64,000 nucleotides of DNA from a virus. The notes under the pieces were generated by a model. That model made no database searches. It was not told the DNA's origin and saw only the letters and a program-made list of their open reading frames with translations. The stretch's first letter is position 1. The number at the start of each line of letters is the position of its first letter. Below are positions 1 to 9,946 of this stretch, in pieces. The position numbers were made by a program, and so were the translations under genes. The stretch lies in the IMG/VR virus record IMGVR_UViG_3300037470_001029, positions 8,038 to 72,037 of that record; one strand, 5' to 3'.

Positions 1-2414
1 ATCTTGCGCGAGTACCACTGCCCGCGTGCAATGGCGTCCATCGCCACGCTCGGTGCGTAGCCGTTGTAACCGTTCTGATCGGTAGCTAAGTTGGTGTCCG
101 TCACGTCCGTGAATGTCACCCTCATGCCACCGTTAGAGAATGACGCCACAACTGGATTTGATGGATCAATAAATACGTCGTACTCAAGGTAGTCGCCAGA
201 GGCTATTACGCGGGCGGAATTGTGAATGTTCCAGAACAGATAGTTATCGCCGCTGCCGTTGAAGTCATAAGCGACCACCAAGCCGTCTTGCGGGTGCAGC
301 AGCACGCGGTCAGCGACCGGCATGCGAGCACGGTTGAGCGCGCCACCGAGATCCACCGGGTTGAGCACCGTCAACTGCAAGTCCTGAGCACCGACGTAAG
401 CGCCATCCAGCTCCACGAGGGTGCCTGCGGCGTCCACGGCGATCTGGCCAGACTCGCTGCGGGCGAGCGCTATCAGCGAGATCTTCGGCGGCTGGTCGAC
501 CAGCATCGTGCTCGTCGTCAGTGCCTCGATCACGGGGCGGATGAATCGCGTGGCGCCCTTCCACGTCTGCCCGGGCTGGCGCGTCCAGTCTGAGCCGTTG
601 TCGCTCGTCTCCAGATAATAGTCGAGCGAGCCGCTGAGCGCCGTTGCGTTCGGCGTCAACTGCCAGTCGCCGGTGACCGTCGTGCCGATGTCCCACGACT
701 CGCCGACGAATTTCGACGTGGCGGAGGCGTGGTAGGAGGCGACCGGGTTGGCTCCGGAGCTCAGCGGGTCTGGCATCACCGTACCCCACTGGTCCGAGGC
801 GACCGACGTCGCCCAGCGCTGCTTCCAGACGCCCTCGAGCATCGGGATGGCAACGAGGTTGGCGCCGGTGAGGTTCGGGTTGACGAACTCGCGGTCCTGA
901 ATGAATGCGTCCGAGTCGCTGGTGATCGTCACGTCGACCGTCGTCGCCGTCGGGCTGCGCAGGCCAACGGAGTCAAGGGCCTTGACGCCGAACCGCCACG
1001 TGCCAATCGGCAGGCCGCTGAACTGCGCGCGCAGGCCGTCGATCCGGTCGATCAAGGTGGCGGTGTCGTAGTTGAAGCTGCCGGGGTCGCCGTACTTCCA
1101 CTCGTAGCGGTCGATGTCGATGTCGACGGCCGCCTCGATCCGAAAGTAGACGGTGCCGCCGACCTCGAACGCAGACAGGATCGACGGCACGTTGCCTGGA
1201 GGCAGCAGCTTGCCGAGCGCCGTGATGGTGTCTGAGAGGATTGAGCTGACGAAGCCGGGGTCGTTGAAGGCCGTGACCTCGACCGTGTAGCCGCGGCCCT
1301 GCTGCGCAGGCGGCGAGGAATAGGAGAGCCCTTTCGTGGTCCTCTCGTCGACGACCAAGAGGCCGTCCATCAGGCGCACGCGGTAGGTGACCGGGTAGTA
1401 GTGCGTCGAGGCCGTCCACGAGACCTTGACCCGGCTCTGGTAGATGAAGCCGCGGCTGAGGGAGTCGCTCGCCTGGTCCTTCTCGAGGTAGACCTCCTCC
1501 GCTAGCACCAGAGACGTCGGCGCCGCGACCGACGTGATGGAAGGCAGCCCGGTGTCAGGCGTATCCGGCGTCGTCTGTACCGTGTCGCTGAACACGTTGG
1601 CGTCGTATTTCCTGAGGCCGATCAGCCAGCGGCCGTAGCCGCGATCCACGCGCCCCATCCCACGCATCGGCGTGGCGGTGAGGCCGATGTCGTCTGTGAC
1701 CGTGAAGCGGTCACCAAGCGTCACCTTGAGGCCGTCCTCGAACACGCCTAGAACCGTCTCGATCGCCTCGAGGTTGTAGTGATTCAACCGCTCGACGGCG
1801 AACCGGTACGCCTGCGAGTAGCGGCGGATGCCAGGCATGTTGATCCGCGCCTTGCGCCGCGTGGTGGGCGACATGTCGGCAACGGCGTAGTCCATCGCCC
1901 ACGGCTTGACGTCCGTTTTAAAATAACCAATCTCGACCACGTTCGGGCGGTTGCGGATTCCTCGCTTGAAGATCGCCGGCAGCGGGTCCTGATCGATGTT
2001 TGCGGCCGTCAGCACGTGGTCAGCCGCGGCGCGCGGCATGTCGGCGATCAGCAAGGCGGTGTGGCCGTGGTAGTCAACCCACGCCGGCACGTACCCTCGC
2101 ATCACGTCGATCCACTCCTCGACGTTCCTGGACTCGGCGATCGTCAGCGTGATTAAGCAGCGCTTCTCCCCGCCGATGATTCCGTCATCGTAGTCGGCGG
2201 CCTCAATCACGAGCTGCCAGTCCACGGGGCGACGCGCACCGTAAACCGTGCTGTTCAGCCAGTCTGCCGTGCACAACGCCGGGTTGTCGCTCCACAGGTA
2301 CGCGGCGGCGGACTGAGCGTAGTAGTTGAGCACAGGCTCCGGGCCGACGGGAACGTAAGGTCCGGCCGAGGAGCCGGCCTCGAGTTGCGCGTAGGTGATG
2401 GTGCCAACGGTCAA
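1..2414 (-). CDS. Tail tip / host-specificity protein (gpJ-like), C-terminal part; runs off the window edge
   Basis: Frame read manually at both ends. It starts at TTG 2414, overlapping the upstream TGA, with GGAG 10 nt upstream. Translation LTVGTITYAQLEAG...YLWSDNPALCTADWL...RNRPNVVEIGYF contains the typical WSDNPA tail-tip motif. Absent from the ORF track, consistent with having no stop inside the window. Confidence 0.8.
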   Translation of the reverse strand, partial: MTVGTITYAQLEAGSSAGPYVPVGPEPVLNYYAQSAAAYLWSDNPALCTADWLNSTVYGARRPVDWQLVIEAADYDDGIIGGEKRCLITLTIAESRNVEEWIDVMRGYVPAWVDYHGHTALLIADMPRAAADHVLTAANIDQDPLPAIFKRGIRNRPNVVEIGYFKTDVKPWAMDYAVADMSPTTRRKARINMPGIRRYSQAYRFAVERLNHYNLEAIETVLGVFEDGLKVTLGDRFTVTDDIGLTATPMRGMGRVDRGYGRWLIGLRKYDANVFSDTVQTTPDTPDTGLPSITSVAAPTSLVLAEEVYLEKDQASDSLSRGFIYQSRVKVSWTASTHYYPVTYRVRLMDGLLVVDERTTKGLSYSSPPAQQGRGYTVEVTAFNDPGFVSSILSDTITALGKLLPPGNVPSILSAFEVGGTVYFRIEAAVDIDIDRYEWKYGDPGSFNYDTATLIDRIDGLRAQFSGLPIGTWRFGVKALDSVGLRSPTATTVDVTITSDSDAFIQDREFVNPNLTGANLVAIPMLEGVWKQRWATSVASDQWGTVMPDPLSSGANPVASYHASATSKFVGESWDIGTTVTGDWQLTPNATALSGSLDYYLETSDNGSDWTRQPGQTWKGATRFIRPVIEALTTSTMLVDQPPKISLIALARSESGQIAVDAAGTLVELDGAYVGAQDLQLTVLNPVDLGGALNRARMPVADRVLLHPQDGLVVAYDFNGSGDNYLFWNIHNSARVIASGDYLEYDVFIDPSNPVVASFSNGGMRVTFTDVTDTNLATDQNGYNGYAPSVAMDAIARGQWYSRK

Positions 2415-3583
2415 GGAAGCTCTGCTCCGGTGAATATCAGGGAACCGCTTGCATTGGTGTAGTAGGGGAAATACCCGTCACCAGCCGTCAACCCCCCGGC
2501 CACCGTGATGACGATAAAGGACGCCCACTGACTACTCGGTGCGCCCCAGGAGATTGCTGTCGCGGCAATACCACCAGATCCCGTCGATAGCGAAATGTGG
2601 GTTGGATCGGAAACAACGATGCCCGTCACACGAACCCTCGTATGAACCGGGAATGTGATGCTTGCCACACAGGCTGTAGATCCAGTTGCGCGCCCAGCTC
2701 CCGGGATCATGTCGGCGGTAGAAGTCGACCGGAAAGCGGGCAGGTAGCGCTGACAGAGTGCTAGCTCTTCCTGTGAATCTCTAACCTCGACCAGCCCATT
2801 TGGAAGTTCACCCAGAAAAAGGCGCACATCGGCGATCTGGAAGATGTTGCCAATGGTGTCGACGCAGTTGACTTGATTCGCAGTGCCAACTAGTGAGCCT
2901 GTCTGCCAGCCGGCGACGCCCTGCGAATTCGTCCCGACGCCAAGCACGAAGTCCAAGCGAGCACCTGTGCCATTGGCGTAGTCCCACGTACCCGCCGAGG
3001 GTGACGCAGGAATTTGAATGACGGCCTCCTCCCAAGTGTTCGTCGTGGTCTGGGTGTATTCCGCGATGAACGAGCGGTCGTAAGCGCCATTGCGGAGCGA
3101 GATGCAGTAGGTGCCGGTCTTGGTGTGCTTGTGCCAGAAGCGAAGCGTCAGTGGGAGCTGGGCATACCCAAGCCAGCGGTAGCCCTCTATTCTGGTCTGC
3201 AGGTTTACGATGTCCGCCGCAGCCATCGCAGCATCTGCTGTGGTTACGGCAACCTTCATGCTGTGCGTTATCAGCCGCCCGGCTTGCGCCATGGTAGGCG
3301 CATCCGCTTCCCGGGTGATTGTGAACACGGCATCTTGGGTGAATGAAATCCACATGTCGGCCGAACGACCACCGGATGCAATTGCAGGGAAGCTCGTTCC
3401 GCGCTGCCACGGGTTCGTCGAAAAATCGCCGCCGATAACGGCGTTGCGCAATCCACGTCCGAGAGCCAGGATTGCCTCTAGCGTTGTGCGGTAGTTCGCG
3501 CCCGCCCGCGCTATCGGAATGATGTCGGCGCTCGGGTCGAGAACCCCCGCGCTACCCCAATCAGACCACTTGTCGTTTGCCAT
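2411..3583 (-). CDS. Tail fibre / receptor-binding-like structural protein carried on an inserted cassette
   Basis: 390 aa. RNAVIGGDFSTNPWQRGTSF and ELALCQRY motifs are common in phage fibre carbohydrate-binding-like modules. GC looks somewhat lower than the flanks. Confidence 0.7.
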   Translation of the reverse strand: MANDKWSDWGSAGVLDPSADIIPIARAGANYRTTLEAILALGRGLRNAVIGGDFSTNPWQRGTSFPAIASGGRSADMWISFTQDAVFTITREADAPTMAQAGRLITHSMKVAVTTADAAMAAADIVNLQTRIEGYRWLGYAQLPLTLRFWHKHTKTGTYCISLRNGAYDRSFIAEYTQTTTNTWEEAVIQIPASPSAGTWDYANGTGARLDFVLGVGTNSQGVAGWQTGSLVGTANQVNCVDTIGNIFQIADVRLFLGELPNGLVEVRDSQEELALCQRYLPAFRSTSTADMIPGAGRATGSTACVASITFPVHTRVRVTGIVVSDPTHISLSTGSGGIAATAISWGAPSSQWASFIVITVAGGLTAGDGYFPYYTNASGSLIFTGAELP

Positions 3584-3584
3584 G

Positions 3585-4577
3585 TCACGCCTCTTTCAGC
3601 ATTGAAGAAGTGCCGTCCTCTTTCAGCATGATCTCGCCGTTCTCCTTGAGCATCACGCTGTTCGGCTCGAACACCTCGTAGATCGGGTCCACGACGACGT
3701 TGCCTTCGCGAGTAACGGTGAAGGTCTTTGGCGCCGCCTGCGTGGCCATCGCGTCGCCGATGGCGTCAGTGACCGCAGGGGTTGTCTCGCCGTAGCTCAG
3801 CTCGAGGTAACCAGTGCCGGCCATCGACAACGTGTGCTCTCCAACCGGCAGGAAGATCGTCTGCTTCGTCGGGGCTCCGGAATTGATGAAGCGGTAGCCG
3901 CCGATCACCGTTTCCAGCCGGGGGTCGTACACCTTCTTGCCCTTGACGAGCACGGTCAGCGCGGGGAACCCCGGCGTCAGCCCAGCGGGGAAGCGGGCGA
4001 CGATGTACGCGGTGCCCGGCATCGTCTCGTCGAAGCCGGGGATCGCTGCTGCGAGCGTCGGATCGATGCCCTGCGTCGCGGTGCCGAGGTAGGTGGCGAT
4101 GTAGACCGCCTTGTCGGCCTGCATGTGGTCGGGGTGCAGGTACGCCTGCGTGTTGCCGACGGGCGCGAGGTAAGGCACCAACGTGTCGTCACCGAGGTCG
4201 GGGTCAGTGATCGACTCGATCTCCCCCTCGCACAGGATAAGGCAGACCACCAGGTAGCCGGCGTGCACGCGGATCGTGTAGATCAGGCCCGCCGTGCGCT
4301 CCGGGCCGCCGTAGATCACCGGGATGACGCTGTCGGCCGATGCCGCAACGATCTGGACCTCGCTCGACTGCGCGACGGTCTGGTTGATCCTGTTCGGCGT
4401 CGCCTGCCCGGTCGGGTCGTCCGGGAGAAGTGAGGCGTCCGGAATGACGTTTGGCCGGCGGCCGATCCCGGTCTGCCGGTTCGGGCCGAGGGAAGGCCCG
4501 CCGCCGCGGCCGAGCGGGCTCCTGCCGACCCCTTCGGGGTTGGTGTCGGCGGGTGTGATGGGGCCGGAGACAGCCAC
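3585..4577 (-). CDS. Tail tip protein (gpJ-like), N-terminal part
   Basis: IPVIYGG...LILCEGEIESI...GTAYIVARF...VKGKKVYDPR motifs; lies after the minor tail genes. Confidence 0.8.
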   Translation of the reverse strand: MAVSGPITPADTNPEGVGRSPLGRGGGPSLGPNRQTGIGRRPNVIPDASLLPDDPTGQATPNRINQTVAQSSEVQIVAASADSVIPVIYGGPERTAGLIYTIRVHAGYLVVCLILCEGEIESITDPDLGDDTLVPYLAPVGNTQAYLHPDHMQADKAVYIATYLGTATQGIDPTLAAAIPGFDETMPGTAYIVARFPAGLTPGFPALTVLVKGKKVYDPRLETVIGGYRFINSGAPTKQTIFLPVGEHTLSMAGTGYLELSYGETTPAVTDAIGDAMATQAAPKTFTVTREGNVVVDPIYEVFEPNSVMLKENGEIMLKEDGTSSMLKEA

Positions 4578-4578
4578 G

Positions 4579-4929
4579 CTAAACCTCGATCAGTTCAAGG
4601 TTGCACTCGTACTGCCCGATGTCGAGCATCGGCAGGTCGATGTCGTTCGGCCCGAAGATCATGGTGTGGTTCGTCACGACCAGCACACCGTTGACCTCCC
4701 GCGAATAAATGTAGTTGAAAGTGATGGCGCGGTTTGCGTCGTAGAACGCCCTCAACGTCTCGTAGGCGGCTCCCTTGAGCCAGAGGTGCAGGCTGAGATC
4801 CAGCTTGCGCCCCGTGCTCGTCATGCGCGCCTTGACGCTGTTCGCCCGCGTGAGCGAGACGATTTTCGGGTCGCGCCACCGCTCCGACGTGCCCCTGGCG
4901 ATGGTCGGAAGGGTCGGGAAATCAGCCAC
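4579..4929 (-). CDS. Minor tail protein (gpM-like position)
   Basis: 116 aa; position downstream of the tape measure gene; overlapping start and stop. Confidence 0.55.
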   Translation of the reverse strand: MADFPTLPTIARGTSERWRDPKIVSLTRANSVKARMTSTGRKLDLSLHLWLKGAAYETLRAFYDANRAITFNYIYSREVNGVLVVTNHTMIFGPNDIDLPMLDIGQYECNLELIEV

Positions 4930-5455
4930 GGTGCGGCTCCAGAATGAAGGTAGTGGTTCCCCAAGGAATCTTCGAGCCGCGCGGCAGCGCGTACTTGAAG
5001 CCGTTGTAGACGTCCACGCGGCGCCGCGGCCCCTTCGCGTAAGCCGACTGATTCGAAATGAGCCTCGAATCGATGTAGTCGGGGTTTATCGTCGTGTCGT
5101 CGAACACGAGCTGGCCGAGATACTGCGGGTGATCGAGTACCTCGCGGTCGACCTGGTAGATGTCAATCGTAACGTCCGCCATGTCAGCGTTGAGGAAGGC
5201 GCTGCCCAGCTCGTTGCCGTGGTTCGCCGCGCGCAGGCGGCCGGAGATCAGGGCACCGGCCTCCCACTTGAGCCCGGTGACCTCGAAGTCCAGATCGGCC
5301 CACGGCACCACGCCGCCGGCCGAAATGGAGACGTCCACCGAGCCGCCGTTGGACCACCGCATCACCAGGTCGGCGTTAATCTGGATCAGGTAAAAGATCT
5401 GCGTGATGACCTGGTCGAACCGGGTCTGCAGCGTGGCCGGGATCAGGCGCGGCAT
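4922..5455 (-). CDS. Minor tail / hub protein
   Basis: 177 aa directly after the tape measure gene; call rests on synteny. Confidence 0.5.
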   Translation of the reverse strand: MPRLIPATLQTRFDQVITQIFYLIQINADLVMRWSNGGSVDVSISAGGVVPWADLDFEVTGLKWEAGALISGRLRAANHGNELGSAFLNADMADVTIDIYQVDREVLDHPQYLGQLVFDDTTINPDYIDSRLISNQSAYAKGPRRRVDVYNGFKYALPRGSKIPWGTTTFILEPHRG

Positions 5456-5457
5456 CG

Positions 5458-8400
5458 TCAGCCCCCGTCGTTCACGACGGTCGTGTTGACCCGGTTATCT
5501 TCGACGCTGATCCCGACATCGACGCGGTGTGTGGTGTTCGCGTTGGTGTTCGCGGCCTGGAGCTGCGTGTTCGCCGCAGCCGTCTGCGTCGCCGCCCCGG
5601 CGGTGATCGCCTCCTTGATGGCGTCCAGCGCCGATTGCATCTGCGTCGCGGCCGTGGTCTGGATGTCGGTCAGGTGCGTGGTGATCGCGCTCTGCGCCGC
5701 GCGGCCGTCCTCGAGGAATTGGGTGCGCAGCGCCGTCTGCTGCTCGGGCGAGAGCAGGCTCCACGCCGACGAGATCGACGAGGTTACGATCCCGGCCTGA
5801 CGCTGGATCTCCGCCGGGTCAGTCGAGAGCAGCGCCGCGTCCCGCGCATCGTTGGCCTGCCGCTGGTAGAACTCATACTGCTGCTGCGCCGTCATCCCGG
5901 ACAGCTCGATGGACTGGAGTACCGTGTCGAACATCCCAGTGACCGCCAGCCTGACCTGCTCGATGCTTGCGAGCAACTGGACCTGCGCGTTGTAGTAGTC
6001 GACCGTCGCCTGCGCGAGCGCCTGCGTTGATTCGAGACTTCCGTCGTACGCTTCGAGCTGGGCGCGGATCGCCCGGTCGTTGTTGCTCAGCGCGGTCTGG
6101 AATTGGTTCGACGACTCGTAGAGCATCGTCGCCACGTCCTCCATCGGGCTGCGGCTGACCACTTCGAAGATGGTCACCAACGCAACGATCCCGTCGATCA
6201 GCTCCGCCTGGGTTCCCCTGAACTTGTCGATGTAGCTCCGGATGTAGCCGGTCGCCTCTCCAAGGACGAGCGCCGCCTGCTCGACGAACACGTCATTCAA
6301 GAACTGCGCGATAGCAGCGTCCACTTCCTCTTGCCCGGAGGTGCTCGTGAGCTGGAGGACGAACTCGTGCGTGTAGTTCTCCAGGATCGCGGCGGCGTCC
6401 ACCCCGATCAGCTTGCCGAGCGCGACCATCTGCTTGTGGATCTGGGCGAGCGCATCGGTGAACGGCGCTGCCTGATCCGCCGTCAGCTCCTCGCTCTCCG
6501 TCCAGCGGCGGTCGCTGCGGAACCAGCCGCCGGCCTGCGAATAGTCCTGCCACGACCTCCCACCCTCGATCTCACCGGCGCCGGTGACCGTGCCACTGAT
6601 CCCGGATGCGTCGGCCTGCGTCGCACGGCGGCCCCAGATCCGCGTGTGCAGGGACGAGCCGCTGAGCAGCGAGGCCGCGCGGTCGCCGAGGCCCAGGCTG
6701 CGCAGGAGGCGGTCGCCGGTCAAAGGACCGCCAGGCATATCGGCAATCCCGCTCTGGTCGTCCGCCCGCCAGCCGCGCTGGTACATGGCGTCGTTTGCGA
6801 TCATCGCTGCGATGACAATCGCCACAATACCGGCAACGGCCATCCCGCTCATCGGTGTTGCACCAGCCGCGGCCGTCGAAGAACCGCCGCCGACCACGTT
6901 GCCGAATGTAGCGGCCGTAACCTGCCCGCCTGCCGCCGTAGTAGCCCCAGTGCCGGTCAGCGCACCCCACGCAGTCGAACCGCCCTGGTAGGCGCTCCAT
7001 GCGCCGCTCGCATACTCGTACACCGCGCCGGCCGTGCTACCCTGCCCAGCAGCACTAGCCGCAATCGACAGAGCGCCGTTGCCGGTGATGTTCGCAGCAA
7101 GGTTCAGCACCATCTTCGTCGCGAACAGTTGGATTAGCTCGGCGAAGAACTGCTTCCACATCCGCTTGAGCATATCAACAGCGTTCTCGTTGTCGACGAT
7201 CACAGCGGTCAGGAACGTACCGATGTAGTTGCCGACCTCGGCCCATAACGAGATCTGGTCTTGAACATGCCGGCGCAGCTCCTTCTCGCTCTGCTTATTC
7301 GCCTCCTTCTCGTCGATCAAGCGCTGCTCGGCCGCGGACTTGCTCATCTTGCCCATTGCGATTAAGCCGTCCTCATACTCCTTGATCTGCGCCTCGATGT
7401 ACTTGACCCACCCAGCGTCATCGAGGTCGCGCATCTTGTTCTGTTCCGCGTGAAAGGCTTCAAGCGCCTTCAGCTCGTCCGCGAGCGCCTTGCTCTGCTC
7501 TCGCCTCAGCTCGTCCGCGGATTTCTTCGCCTCCTGAAGACGCTTCGCGTACATCGCCTTCTCTTTGGCTTGCCTTGCCAGGATAGCGGCCTCCTGCCCG
7601 GCGATTGCCTTGGCGTCCTGCTCCGCTATCAGTTTCGCGTGGGCCACGTGGGCCGCCTGCGCCGCGTCGGCGGCGACCTTGTCCTTGTCGGCGGCGAGCC
7701 CGAGCGCCTGGCGAAGCCGGAGGGAGATTTCGAGCACAGCGTTCGCCGCCTTGATCGGCGCCGTGTCGCCGATTACCTTCAGGAATTCGGCCCACCAGTC
7801 CTTCGCCGTGCGCACCGCGTCGGCCATCAGGCTGACGTTGTGGGCGAGGTTGTCCATCATCGTGTTGACCTTCTCGCCCTCCTCCGGTGTGCCGCGCCAG
7901 GCGCGGAGCAGATCGTCCCACGCCTTCTGCAACGGGGTCAGCCCCTCGTTATGCAGGCCGTCGATCCGCCCGTGGAGCGCCTCGAGCGCGATAGCCTGGA
8001 TCCCGGCGGCATCGCCAACCTCGACCATCGCCTGGACCTGCTTGTACTGGTCGAAGGTCAAGATGTTGTACTTCTCGTCGAGCGCGATCACGCCGGTCAA
8101 CGGCTTGCCGAGAGCCGCGGCGAGCTCCTCGGCGGCGCCGGCCGCATCCACGCCCATCGCGCGCGCGAAGTCCGGGACCATTCCCGTCAGCTCGCCGAAC
8201 ATCTCCCGACCGATGGCTCCCTGCTTGGCGAAGGACTGCACGACCTTCATCGCCATCTCTTCCGAGACGTTGCTCACCTTCTTGAGGGTCTCGACGTAAG
8301 TAGACAGCTCGCCGCTCGAGACTATCCCAGCGCGGCCGGTGCCGGCAAGCAGAGCCCCGGTTGCGCCGATGCTCTGGTTGAACTTTTCGATGTCGACGCC

Positions 8401-9018
8401 GTGCTTTATCCAGACGCCGAATGCGGCGCCGACCGCCAGCGCCGGGGCAAGCATCGCCGCGAGCCCCTTAACCGCCGCCCACGAATGGGTGGCAAGCTGG
8501 GCGAGCTGGCGCAGCGCCATCGGGAAATCGCCGCGCATCAGGGCCTGGGCCATCTGCATGAGGTCCGTCTTGGCGCGCTGGGAGAACGAGCCCACCTTTG
8601 CTCCGGTCTCGTCCACGACGCCACCCATGTCCTGGAGGACCTTGATCGCCTGTTCAGTCTCCTTGTTGTAGCTGCCTTGCGCACCACGCAATGCCGCAAT
8701 CGCGGCCGTCGCCTCATCGGCCGACATCTTGTAGTTCTTGAGGGCGCTTGCCGCGACCTCCTCGGCCTTCGCCTGCTGCTGCACCGCCTGCGTGGCGCTG
8801 TCGATCGACCTTGTCGTGTGCTCGAAACGGGCCTTGACCTGTTCGAGAGTCTCGCCGGTGCGCTTCATGACACTTTGGTATGCCATGTCTTCGTTGGATA
8901 GCCGCTTGACCTGCGCCTCGGTGCGCCCGCCCGCCTCGGTCACCGAGTCGAGCGCCGACTTCGCCGTGACGGCGGACGTGGAGTCGATCTCGATGCCCAG
9001 GGAAGCGATGTCGGTCAT
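5458..9018 (-). CDS. Tail tape measure protein
   Basis: 1186 aa, Ala-rich and helical; N-terminus MTDIASLGIEIDST; follows the chaperone pair. Confidence 0.92.
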   Translation of the reverse strand: MTDIASLGIEIDSTSAVTAKSALDSVTEAGGRTEAQVKRLSNEDMAYQSVMKRTGETLEQVKARFEHTTRSIDSATQAVQQQAKAEEVAASALKNYKMSADEATAAIAALRGAQGSYNKETEQAIKVLQDMGGVVDETGAKVGSFSQRAKTDLMQMAQALMRGDFPMALRQLAQLATHSWAAVKGLAAMLAPALAVGAAFGVWIKHGVDIEKFNQSIGATGALLAGTGRAGIVSSGELSTYVETLKKVSNVSEEMAMKVVQSFAKQGAIGREMFGELTGMVPDFARAMGVDAAGAAEELAAALGKPLTGVIALDEKYNILTFDQYKQVQAMVEVGDAAGIQAIALEALHGRIDGLHNEGLTPLQKAWDDLLRAWRGTPEEGEKVNTMMDNLAHNVSLMADAVRTAKDWWAEFLKVIGDTAPIKAANAVLEISLRLRQALGLAADKDKVAADAAQAAHVAHAKLIAEQDAKAIAGQEAAILARQAKEKAMYAKRLQEAKKSADELRREQSKALADELKALEAFHAEQNKMRDLDDAGWVKYIEAQIKEYEDGLIAMGKMSKSAAEQRLIDEKEANKQSEKELRRHVQDQISLWAEVGNYIGTFLTAVIVDNENAVDMLKRMWKQFFAELIQLFATKMVLNLAANITGNGALSIAASAAGQGSTAGAVYEYASGAWSAYQGGSTAWGALTGTGATTAAGGQVTAATFGNVVGGGSSTAAAGATPMSGMAVAGIVAIVIAAMIANDAMYQRGWRADDQSGIADMPGGPLTGDRLLRSLGLGDRAASLLSGSSLHTRIWGRRATQADASGISGTVTGAGEIEGGRSWQDYSQAGGWFRSDRRWTESEELTADQAAPFTDALAQIHKQMVALGKLIGVDAAAILENYTHEFVLQLTSTSGQEEVDAAIAQFLNDVFVEQAALVLGEATGYIRSYIDKFRGTQAELIDGIVALVTIFEVVSRSPMEDVATMLYESSNQFQTALSNNDRAIRAQLEAYDGSLESTQALAQATVDYYNAQVQLLASIEQVRLAVTGMFDTVLQSIELSGMTAQQQYEFYQRQANDARDAALLSTDPAEIQRQAGIVTSSISSAWSLLSPEQQTALRTQFLEDGRAAQSAITTHLTDIQTTAATQMQSALDAIKEAITAGAATQTAAANTQLQAANTNANTTHRVDVGISVEDNRVNTTVVNDGG

Positions 9019-9431
9019 TTCTTCGCCTTGTTCTTTATGGACAGGTACACGGCCTCTAGCGCGTCGAGCATGTCGTTCTCAAAGGGGGTGAAAACGATCC
9101 CGCGCCTGCGCGCCCAAGCCTCGACCCCCTCATCGGTGATCGGGTTGACCGAGTAGCCATTGGTTGTGCGCCGCTTGTTCATCCTCTTGAAATACTCCCA
9201 AAGATACTTGACCTCTTCCGGGCATGGAATGAACGTGAGCTGCTCTGGCATGCGCTCAGGGGCAAAGTCGTGCTGCCTCCAGTAGCTGTACAATTGCTCC
9301 CTGAGCGTCGATCCATCTTCCTGTACCTCCGATAACGTGGTCTCCTGTCCTGCGTGGCCGATCAGGCCACTGTCTGGGATTGCTTGCCCTTCACCGTCGA
9401 CGGCTCCCCAGAATCCGACGAGGTATTCGTA
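9015..9431 (-). CDS. Tail assembly chaperone, gpT part (reached by -1 frameshift)
   Basis: -1 frame overlapping the 3' end of the gpG-like ORF, with no good start of its own. YLWEYF...NPIT...AWARRRG motif is typical of gpT parts. Confidence 0.7.
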   Translation of the reverse strand, partial: YEYLVGFWGAVDGEGQAIPDSGLIGHAGQETTLSEVQEDGSTLREQLYSYWRQHDFAPERMPEQLTFIPCPEEVKYLWEYFKRMNKRRTTNGYSVNPITDEGVEAWARRRGIVFTPFENDMLDALEAVYLSIKNKAKK

Positions 9432-9832
9432 AAAACCTGCTCGGCTTCGATTGCCTGGAGCGTCTTGAACCGCCACGTCGGACGCTTGGCGAAGATCTTC
9501 TTCAGGGTGTCTTCGTTGGGCGGCATCGGCTTGCCGTCATCGAGGAAGCCGTACACCTCCTTGAGGCACGCCGAGACGAGGGCGAGCTCCCGCTTCTCGG
9601 TCAGCAGGACCAGCTCCTGCGCGCCGGGCTTCGTCGCCGCCTCGATCGCACGGCCGCGGCGAGCCGCCTTCTGCACGTTGCGCACGCGCCACGCGCGATC
9701 GGCCTCCTGGTACTCGTCCGAATTGACGCCGACGACCTTGAAGCCGTCGGTCGGGTTACCATCCTCGTCGAACAAGAGAGGTACGTCGATCAGGTCTTCC
9801 TCGCTGCTTTCCTTCAGGTCTTTCAGGTCCAT
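9362..9832 (-). CDS. Tail assembly chaperone (gpG-like)
   Basis: ATG 9832 with AAGGAG RBS; lies between the tail tube and tape measure genes. Confidence 0.8.
   Translation of the reverse strand: MDLKDLKESSEEDLIDVPLLFDEDGNPTDGFKVVGVNSDEYQEADRAWRVRNVQKAARRGRAIEAATKPGAQELVLLTEKRELALVSACLKEVYGFLDDGKPMPPNEDTLKKIFAKRPTWRFKTLQAIEAEQVFTNTSSDSGEPSTVKGKQSQTVA
9431..9437 (-). promoter_or_regulatory. Putative -1 ribosomal slippery site G-GTT-TTT
   Basis: CAG GTT TTT ACG in the gpG frame; a -1 slip gives V-F-Y-E-Y-L in the gpT frame. Confidence 0.6.
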
Positions 9833-9946
9833 CGTCTTCTCCTTGGTTGCTTCCGGTGACCGGCCCACCTCCTCCTTGCAAGGGGGAGAAGGGTCCCGAG
9901 CGAAAAGTCGGCAGGCCGGGCCGGAAGCGGGTTGAAGCGGCCGGCA

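Noticed and set aside
2411-3682. Tail-tip insert as a self-splicing intron, intein or IS element
   Set aside because: It is fully occupied by structural-type coding sequence with stop codons, and has no intron core, intein termini, transposase or terminal repeats.
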